NCBI GenBank assembly: GCA_951406725.2
Contig: OX597824.1
Coordinates: forward strand, 39,866,001 to 39,930,000
Length of the DNA: 64,000 nt
From: Octopus vulgaris
Taxonomy: Eukaryota
Direction of reading: 5' to 3'
Position numbers and translations under genes: made by a program. The notes beneath the pieces were generated by a model. It was not told the origin of the DNA, ran no database searches, and saw only the letters and a program-made list of their open reading frames with translations. How positions within the stretch are numbered: the first letter of the stretch is position 1; every line of letters begins with the position of its first letter. Shown in pieces: positions 55,116-64,000 of the stretch.

Positions 55116-55149
55116 ATTTGAGAACAATATGTTTATATTTATTGTTAAC

Positions 55150-55189
<40 letters not shown>

Positions 55190-55379
55190 ATGTATGTATG
55201 TATGTATGTATGTATGTATGTATGTTTATGTATGTATGTATGTATGTACGTATGCATGTCATTATTCAGTTTTATTTCAAGACTTCTTGCCAAAGGAGAA
55301 AGAGCCGGTTTCTAACCTTGATCCAAGGCTCCTTCGTTGGAATTTCAACATCAACAACAGGGTATTTTTGCATATATCA

Positions 55380-56080
55380 CCTCTCTGCAACATCACAGAG
55401 AAGCTGTCTCCTTGTAATATGTCTTTGCGATAAAGTATTCTATCGGTGATAATACAGTCACTTTTGTGTTTAATTTCAAGATGGTGGCCCACGATGAAGT
55501 CAGGTCAGCTATGGCCTTGACTATTCTCACTGGAACTTTAGCAAGTTGAAGAGCTTCTAGCATCCATGAGTGGGGAACAGAGCTAAAGGCTTTCTTGCAA
55601 TCTAGCCACATTGAAACTAGGTTCCTCCTATGCTCTCGCACCTCTGACATCACAGTTTTGTTGATTAGCAATTGCTCGGCACATCCCCAGACTCCCTTCT
55701 TCCCAGCTGCTTGTTCTGCTGTGATAATGTTATTGGTTTCACAATGGTCCTGGAGGAAGAGGTTTAAACATGCTATATATATATCTTATACATTAAGTTC
55801 TGGCATGCAATTGGCCGGTGGTTTTTTGCCAGGTGGTTGGTTCTGCATTTGAGCATCAATTTTGTCTCTGCCAGAGCTAACCAGTGTGGTATGCTATTGT
55901 GTTCCCAATGAAAGCTTACTGGGACGGATTGACAAGATATGTTAGCTTCTTGTACCAATATCCAACAATCAAGTCTCTTCCAGGTGCTTTTCCATCCTGG
56001 AGTTTCTGGATCACAGATGTAAGAATTTCACCATCAATGTTGTATGTCTTGGATGTAACGCAAGCGCAATAACTTTTCCA
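55380..56080 (-). mobile_element. R4/Dong-like non-LTR retrotransposon RT remnant
   Basis: KAPGRDLIVGYWYKKL, NHRPIACQNLMYKI, WLDCKKAFSSVPHSW and ILQGDSFS motifs across frameshifts. Confidence 0.85.
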
Positions 56081-56170
56081 GATTTCTATGTATGTATGTG
56101 TGTATGTATGTATGTATGTATGTATGTATGTATGTATGTATGTATGTATGTATGTATGTGTGTATGTATG

Positions 56171-56204
<34 letters not shown>

Positions 56205-56685
56205 TGTACGAACAATACTATTTCAGCGTGTCTTCTTTTCTATTTTAGATGTCCATAAATACATCCTCTCAACAAATGCACTGTTGACCTAGCTGAGAAT
56301 CAACCATTAGATATTTAGAGGTAGTGAGGGCTACATCGATTTAATCATTAGATAAAACTAAATTTTATTTTTGGGCAAATTCTTCCGCCTTGTTATAGCA
56401 ACGCCGCAAACGATATACTTTGAATTTGTAAAAAGTAAGGAGTAAAAACCCACTTCGGTCAGGATGGGCCATGAGATTGCACCTACAAACTTCCTCTCCG
56501 AGGCACAAATCCAGGCAAGATCGATCAGCAGTCACCCATGCATACCAGTCTCCTATTACCACGCTACCGATGTTGACCAAGGCTGTGAATCGAGCAGATA
56601 TTAATACTTCCCTTTATAAAATGGGTTTCTTACAGTGTCAGAAAATAAACATATTCAGCTAAAAAATTATGTAACATAAAGCACT

Positions 56686-56771
56686 TTGCCTTAAGGGCAA
56701 ATTTACGACCTTCCGATATCTCCACTTGATTGATAACGACAGTGACTTGCTGCCTACTACGCTACCGAGGT
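56686..56771 (-). pseudogene. Decayed tRNA-Met copy
   Basis: TACGACCTTCCGAT...GCTGCCTACTACGCTACCGAGG with the shared downstream flank. Confidence 0.7.
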
Positions 56772-56966
56772 ACTGGGAACCGACTACTTTTTCCGCCTTA
56801 GCACAGCATCGCTTCAGTGTGTGTATAATATTATTAATAATTAAAAATAGGATATTTTAATCAAACTGCACAGTATCTTACAAATATTTACACCTCCCTT
56901 TATAACGTGGATACTTTATTGTGTCAAAAGGTAAAATTTACAACTAAAAAAAAAGCGAAAATAATG

Positions 56967-57052
56967 AACTTCGGGTGAGGATCGAACTCACCACGTTCAT
57001 GTTTCTCCGTATACAATTACTAAAACGCGTTGCCTACTGCGCTATCGAAAAG
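56967..57052 (-). pseudogene. Decayed tRNA-Met copy
   Basis: GGTGAGGATCGAACTCAC...ACGCGTTGCCTACTGCGCTA. Confidence 0.7.
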
Positions 57053-58298
57053 CTGGCCGTTTCAGTTTTTATTTTACTTGGAAAATGAAAGCGCTATTTT
57101 CTGATTATATTATCAGCTAATTTACTTTTAGCTCTATTATTTCACTTATTTAACATTACTAATGAAGAATGAAACATTGCTAAAGGGGTATTAATTAGAT
57201 AATTATTACGTTTTATTTAATTCCAATACTTCCTTTGCATATATCTAATTAACTTTTCATTGCCTATACTTTTAAGTACCTACGGCTTCAGGTCACTACC
57301 GTTTTTATCAGGCCACAAAATCCTATGTGACGCACAATTATCTTTAAATGGTTGCGTAATACTTTGTCGTTTTATGTAGAAGGAGGGCTGTGCCCATGAC
57401 CTTTTGACCTCAGATAGAAATAGAGGAGAGGAAGAAACGGAGGGCAGTATCCCTTTTACAGAGATCAGGCCCAGGCTTGTAAACAGACTGGACTCTGCTA
57501 AAGGTATTCAAGGACTAAGTGGTGGTGTTTAATCGGGTGACGGATTAACTCGACTAACTCAGAGGGCCACGGTGGGGTTTGAACTCAGGCGTCCTGTCCT
57601 GTTCTGGCAATCTTGCTAATCCATCGCCTCGAATAGTGGCTTCATTTATTGACCCTCGGAAGCTTGATATTCAAACATTAAACTGGACGGCTGTTGAACT
57701 CGGAACACAAACTGGAATAAATACTGCAAGGTACCTTTGCCTGATGCTATGTAATTGAGGACCGCTTAACTTCGAATTTTAGTTGGTCAAGCAGCAGTAT
57801 AGAAGTCCTTTAGTTCGCTCGTGATGATGATGATGATGATGATGAGAAGGAGGAGGAGGAGGATCATGATCATATTTGTTGTTTAGCTCCAGGTCAGCCC
57901 TGATCAAAGGCCATCATATCTGTGGCTGTAATTTCTATTTGGCACAATTTATCTAAAGACTACATCATCCAATCTATCTTCCCATTTATTAGGAGGATGG
58001 ACGTAATCCGAAAGAGATTTAACTGCTATTTCTTGCAGTTGGAGTGACCACGTAAAGGCACTTTTTCTTGAGCCAAGATTTGTTACTTCCCTTTGTTGTA
58101 GGAGCTAACACCACTTATTAGAATTAGAACTTCGCATCTCATTAAGCAATTATCATTAAAAGAATGAAATGATGTTAATGAGATTTGGTTTGTTTATGCT
58201 AATCAACTGAAGATATAAATAAAACACATAGAGCAACAGGTATAATCACAACTGAGTTGATCATGTTCTATGCTAAGTTAAAAGAGACGTTTCCAAGT

Positions 58299-58386
58299 GC
58301 CTCGGTAGCGCAGTAGGCAGCGCGTCAGTCTCATAATCACAGGTCGAGCTATCTGAAGGTCGTGAGTTCGATCCTCACCTGGGGCA
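58299..58386 (+). tRNA. tRNA-Met-CAT: Elongator tRNA-Met(CAT) with 15-nt intron ATCACAGGTCGAGCT
   Basis: Identical exons; long T-run Pol III terminator immediately downstream. Confidence 0.95.
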
Positions 58387-58754
58387 ATTTTTTTTTTATA
58401 TTACATATTATAAATATGTTATTTTTACCGTCACTGACATTTTCTTGCTCCTCTCATATTTTTCTTTTGCACACTTTAACCTCATTTAAACTGAAATACT
58501 TCTCTCTCGAATCTAAAAAGGGAATAATTATATCGTCGCTTGTCCTACCAGAAAAAGCAGCAAAATATCTGTCAAATCACATCGTGTTGTCTAAAGGGAA
58601 AATTACATGAGACAATGTAATCCTACATATCCTCAAAAAGAGGAGACAGTAGAAATGTTGTTTGATTTTTGATTTTTATCATAAATCTTCTTGGTCAGGG
58701 ATAACTTAGAGCTAAACATTATCACAACCACCTTACGGTATGGTTTTGCAATTA

Positions 58755-58992
58755 AAAGGCGGAGAACTGGCAGAAACGTTAGCACGTCGAGCGAAATGCT
58801 TAGCGGTATTTCGTCTGCTGTTACGTTGTGAGTTCAAATTCCGCCGAGGTCGACTTTACCTTTCATCCTTTCGGGGTCGATAAATTAAGTACCAGTTACG
58901 CACTGGGGTCGATGTAATCGACTTAATACCTATGGCTGTCCTTGCTTGTCCCCTCTATGTTTAGCCCCTTGTGGGTAATAAAGAAATAGGTA
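58755..58992 (+). mobile_element. SINE family B, full length
   Basis: AAGGCGGAGAACTGGCAGAAACGTTAGC head through TAATAAAGAAATAGG tail. Confidence 0.85.
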
Positions 58993-59541
58993 TGGCTTTG
59001 CTGATCCTCATTGCAGACTAGTATAGATTATTAGCGAAGTATATTCACTGTTAAGGGCCATCAGTTTACCATTGACAGAACTCGGATTAGTTAAATTAAT
59101 TTCAAGTCTCCGGTAGGTGGAGTATATTGTGAGGCAGTGAAATGAAGATCGAAAGTACGGCCTTTAGGTAGAGTGGCGTTAAACAAAGGTTATGGAACTC
59201 GCACGTTGCCTCCTGCTGTGTGAAGGCAATTAATATTAATTCCTTAATTATGAATGAATTTGGTATGTATTCCTTACATTACGCAATCGTAGTGAGGGGC
59301 TGGGGATTAACTGATGTATAGCAGTAGCCGAAAAAGGTAAAATACTCAATGAAAAATCCCATGTTAGAATGAAAACATATGTCAGCGCAGGTGGTGAGGT
59401 CTCTGTACAACTGTGGCAAGAGGCGCACGTTGTTGCCACATGTGTGGGTCACCCGCAGGAATGAAAAGCCACATCCGTACTACTTATGTTCAAGAGAACA
59501 ATCAAGCGATAGCGTTACTCAAAATCGAGCTGAAGCCAGGT

Positions 59542-59591
<50 letters not shown>

Positions 59592-60142
59592 GTAGATAGG
59601 TAGGTATGTATGTATGTATGTAGGTAGGTATGTATGTATGTATGTATGTATGTATGTATGTATGTATGTATGTATGTATGTAGGTAGGTAGGTAGGTAGG
59701 TAGGTAGGGTATGTATGTATGTATGTATGTATGTATGTAGGTTGGTAAGTAGGTAGGTAGGGTATGTATGTATGTATGTATGTATGTAGGTAGGTAGGTA
59801 GGTAAGTAGGTAGGTAGGTAGGTAGGTAGATAGGCAAATAGGCAGGTAGGTATGTGCAAGTATATGCACACACGCTATTTTTTTTATTTAAAAAACCCAT
59901 AAAAATGCGTCTCTCTCTCTTTCTCTCTCTCTCTCACGTCATGTGTGTGTGTTAATGCAAACATCAAAAATAGAACTCAAAATATGAGTATATATGTATT
60001 TTTATTAATAATTATCAGAAGTAACAAAGTATCTCAATGTCCATGCGTTTTGTGCGTAGGTAATTGTGTTGATACTTATCAAACTTGATAAGTGCCAACG
60101 CACGAATCTCTCGGACCTTAAGTCACTTCGTTACTTCTGCTA

Positions 60143-60182
<40 letters not shown>

Positions 60183-60198
60183 CCCAAAGAAATCATTA

Positions 60199-60990
60199 GG
60201 ATCTTTTCGGTTTGAACGGCAGTTTTTAAAAATAATTTCTATGTAACTAAAAAATGTTAAACTTCGTATAGTGGTAGGATGTGTTTATAAAACATCTTTT
60301 TCTCTTGGCTTTCTTGAGAAAATTCTATAGTTTGTAAGTTATTTGGTCTTTAATTTCTTGCATTTCGGCAATTTCAACCAATCAATGACGTCTATTGAGG
60401 TGAAAACGATTTCTGACGTAGTGTGTCAACAACATTTATTTCCGGTGTCGTATGAAAATGTCCCTGTTATTTATGAGAAAAAAGATACCCTGTGGCCATA
60501 AACTGAGGGGTCACTTGTAAACAGAGCAGGATAACAAAACCGCTCCCACTTTAGTGTCCACCCATAATTATGGCCTTAGTATCGATCTATTGCATTTCAA
60601 TCTGTTTTAGGGTTAGGGTTAGAGTTAGGGTTGGGGTTAAGGTTAGGGTTAGGGTTTAGGTTAGGGTTAGGGGTGGGGGGAAGGGTATCTTTTTTTTCTT
60701 CAGAAATGTAAATAAACCCAATCTGTTTCTTAAACGAGGGACATTTTCATATTTCACCGCCAGAAAATTTTACAGCAGATAATGTTTTCACCTCAGTTGA
60801 CGTCATTGATTGGTTGAAATTGCCAACATTGAAGAAAATGCCTTACAAATATCTTACAAACTACAGAATTTTCTCAGAATTTTCCAAGAGAAAAAGATGT
60901 TTATAAACACATTCTACCCGTATACGAAGTTTCAGTGTTTAGTTTCATAGAAATTATTTTTAAAAACTGCCGTTCAAACCGAAAAAATCC
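60199..60990. mobile_element. Foldback/MITE with long (>200 bp) terminal inverted repeats and an internal (TTAGGG)n tract
   Basis: GGATCTTTTCGGTTTGAACGGCAG... versus ...CTGCCGTTCAAACCGAAAAAATCC; telomeric-type repeats at 60607-60672. Confidence 0.85.
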
Positions 60991-61349
60991 AATCAGGATC
61001 ATTATAAACTTAGCCGTACATAGGCATAACACAGAAAAAAAGAAAGGGAATTCAACTTCGAAAGTAATATTCCAGTATGGCCTTGCCCGTGTTAGCTTAC
61101 TTGAAGATCCGAAGAACGAAAGACCGTGCAAATCGATACAATAAAATATAAATTGCTTCCCTTGTTTCGAACCAAATTGAAAATGTTTTCGAGCGGCATT
61201 TACCTAAGGGAGGCAACTTTTAGAACACTCTCAGCGAAGCTTATATGCTACTGTTAAATTTGTGAAATAGAGTTACTACTAGCAATCCTATCTCAGCTAC
61301 CATCCGTACTTTCTTATATCAACTGTATCGCCTGAATCGCACAGACTGT

Positions 61350-62640
61350 CAGATGTTGTTATACATCACTGGTCACAATGCACTTCCAATTCTATCATTC
61401 TTTTCTATCTTCACTGAAGTAGTTTTACTAAATCGTTTTCCGCATGTCCTTTTCCGGTCTCTTAGATACCACTCGGCAATTGCACGGATCCACCTGATGT
61501 CTGTGACCCTTCCAACATATCTAATCCATCGGAACTTGTGCCTTAAATATTCTGCGATCACGTCGTTACACTCTGCTTCGTTCTCCAATCCCCTCATTTC
61601 GTATATACTTTTGCAATTATATTCCGAGCATGGATGGTTTCGTGGATCTTTGTGTCGTAGCCAATCGATGTTCTCTTTTTGCAGCAACCCATGTCTCTCT
61701 TGTATATAAGGATGCAGATGGAACTGTGCCATTGCAGAGATTGGTTCGTAGGATCTTGTCCTGCTTTGCTTTGAGTACATCTTTTATCGAGGTAAATGTC
61801 TTTTATCATGTCCTTATTCTCCTCGTCTAGGCCCCAAGTAGACGTATTGCTTTACCGCCTTCATTTCATCGCTTCCCACTTCACTTCGGGCTTGCACTAC
61901 ATCTTCAGACAGCATGGATTTTGATTTCATGCGGTTCGTTTTATGCCCTTTGGCTGAGATGTGGATGTTCAGCTCTATTAGCATGGTTTGCAGCTGATCT
62001 GTAGTTAAACAATGAGTACAACTTCCTCTGTGATTCGAAGGCATGTTGGTAGGTTGCTATTGATGTTCGTGCCACCTCTCTAGTCAATGTCGCTGACGAC
62101 CATATCTAGACGTACAGCGAAGAGCTTTGGAAAGAAGGTGTCTCTTAGTTTGAGACAATTCTCAGTTGGAACTCTTATAAGTGACAGTAGCATATCTATA
62201 TCGGTGGTGCATCGGAAGTTTACATCTCTGAGCAGTTAGGTATATTGCACCTCGACTCCTTGCATTTCCAGAGATTTCGACACTGCATTCATCTCGATGC
62301 TATCGAAGGCCTTTCAATAGTCGACGAAAGCGATACACAGAGGAAGTTTGTATTCATTCGTTCGTTCGTATAAGCTGTGATAGAGTGAATATGTGATCCA
62401 TCGTACTATAGTTCTTACGGAAACTTGCTTGTTTACTCGGCTGTTGGTCATCGAGCAGTTTCAACAGTCTGGTGACTATGATTTTGTAGAGGTGAAAGAA
62501 GAGAATATGGTGCGGTAGATTCTTAAATCTTCTCTGCCACGCTTCTTATGAAACAAAATGGTATTAAATTCTTTCCACAGCGAGGATATTTTACCCTCCA
62601 TCAGATAACACTTAAAGCGTAGAACGAGTATTTTCCACAG
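61350..62640 (-). mobile_element. RTE-type LINE RT remnant
   Basis: QASFRKNYSTMDHIFTL, AFVDY.KAFDSI, QYVYLG and KFRWIRYVGRVTDIRW motifs with frameshifts. Confidence 0.8.
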
Positions 62641-62782
62641 CTCTTCTTAAAAATCGTTCTACGCATTAATTTTCTACTATAATAATAGTAGTGGTGGGGG
62701 ATTACTTCTTTATAATTCATAATTAGAAAACACAGTTTACCTTAATTCTTAACATAATAAATATTGTGTATGTGTATATATA

Positions 62783-62844
<62 letters not shown>

Positions 62845-62861
62845 TGTGTCTGTGTGTGTCT

Positions 62862-62928
<67 letters not shown>

Positions 62929-63591
62929 TATGTATGTATGTATGTACTGAACAGTCCACAAAATAAAGTCAATAAATAACGTTTCTTCAAATATTCAAGG
63001 GAGAAGACTTCTATAAAGTTATAGAAATTACGTCTCTTGAATCATAGAAGTGTTGACGCTTCTTGAGAACCGTAGTACATCGAGGTTACACGTTGCGAAA
63101 GTTCAAGGTCTAGTTGCTGAGATGTTGGACACGTGATCATGAGGTCTTCAGTTCCCTTCCGGGATCAAGCTGAATATTGCTTTCTTCAGCAAAATGCTTT
63201 ATTTCATGTTATTCCAGTCTACTCAGCTCTAATGAATACCAACCGGTACAGCCTTCTTACTCTCTAGCTGTCACATCTTGAGTGATCCGATGTGTCTAGG
63301 ATGAAGGAACTGAGTTCCTATGTCTGCTCTTTACACTCTCCTCAAGTACTTTACACAGTTAACAAAAGAATGGTTAACGTTAACAAACTTTACTCGCTTG
63401 CGAGCGATGACTGGCTGCACATCTTTGTACAAACCCCATTAACATTCCTGTATAAAGATTAGTGTTATATTTAATATTAATAAACTGATAACATGCTTTT
63501 AGTTAATGTTTTAATTAAATATTTCGCCAATTAACTAGTTGAGATACCTACTCAATTCACATCAGTGGGGAGGAGCACGGAAGTAAATACC

Positions 63592-63800
63592 TATTTCTTT
63601 ATTACCCACAAGGGGCTCAACACAGAGAGGACAGACAAACAGATAAGTCGATTATATCGACCCCAGTGCGTAACTGGTACTTATTTAATCGACTCCGAAA
63701 GAATGAAAGGCAAAGTTGACCTCAGCGGAATTTGAACTCAGAACGTAGCGGCAGACGAAATACCGCGAAGCATTTCGCCCAACGTGCTAACGTTTCTGCC
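63592..63800 (-). mobile_element. SINE family B
   Basis: Flanked by the direct repeat AGCACGGAAGTAAATACC. Confidence 0.85.
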
Positions 63801-63829
63801 AGCACGGAAGTAAATACCAGTAGATATTT

Positions 63830-63995
63830 ATCAATCACTCACCACTTATGTCAAATCCACTACCATTTTGTCCATTACTCTCCGGTTATGTCAATTCACT
63901 TCCATTTTGTCCATCATTCTAATTTGTCACTTTACCATTATCTTATCCTTTACTCTTCGATTATGTCCATCAACTGCCATTTTGGCCATTACTAT
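63830..63995. repeat. Degenerate minisatellite (TCAA.TCACT.CCATTTTGTCCAT-like)
   Basis: CCATTTTGTCCAT and TTATGTCAA units recur. Confidence 0.55.
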
Positions 63996-64000
63996 AGTGA

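Noticed and set aside
34275-58386. CRISPR array (identical repeats with variable 21-22-nt spacers)
   Set aside because: The repeats are tRNA exons dispersed hundreds of bp apart on both strands in eukaryotic DNA; no cas genes
34275-58386. tRNA copies as SINE heads or initiator tRNA
   Set aside because: Perfect cloverleaf with no SINE body, tail or TSD; G1-C72 and TTC T loop exclude the initiator (A1-U72, A54)
60607-60672. True telomere or chromosome fusion site
   Set aside because: Short, degenerate, single orientation and enclosed by transposon TIRs

Overview
AT-rich, microsatellite-saturated animal genomic DNA, most likely an octopus or other cephalopod (inferred from the SINE families and repeat style). 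No host protein-coding gene is recognisable; nearly all listed ORFs are simple-repeat translations. The main functional content is a ~30 kb cluster (28.3-58.4 kb) of elongator tRNA-Met(CAT) genes. Twelve copies have identical 73-nt exons, each interrupted at 37/38 by a variable intron (21-22 nt; one 15 nt; 9 distinct sequences), and about 10 decayed copies lie among them. The cluster is built from inverted and direct duplications. Second, a 353-bp repeat at 7.9-8.6 kb carries two canonical type I hammerhead ribozymes in opposite orientations (candidate non-LTR retrozyme or Penelope pLTR). The rest is transposon debris: Penelope GIY-YIG, Tx1/L1, RTE and R4-like LINEs, mariner/Tc1, hAT and Helitron non-autonomous elements, at least three tRNA-derived SINE families (one sharing its 3' tail with the Tx1 LINE), and long foldback palindromes. 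Coordinates were counted by eye; transposon boundaries are approximate.
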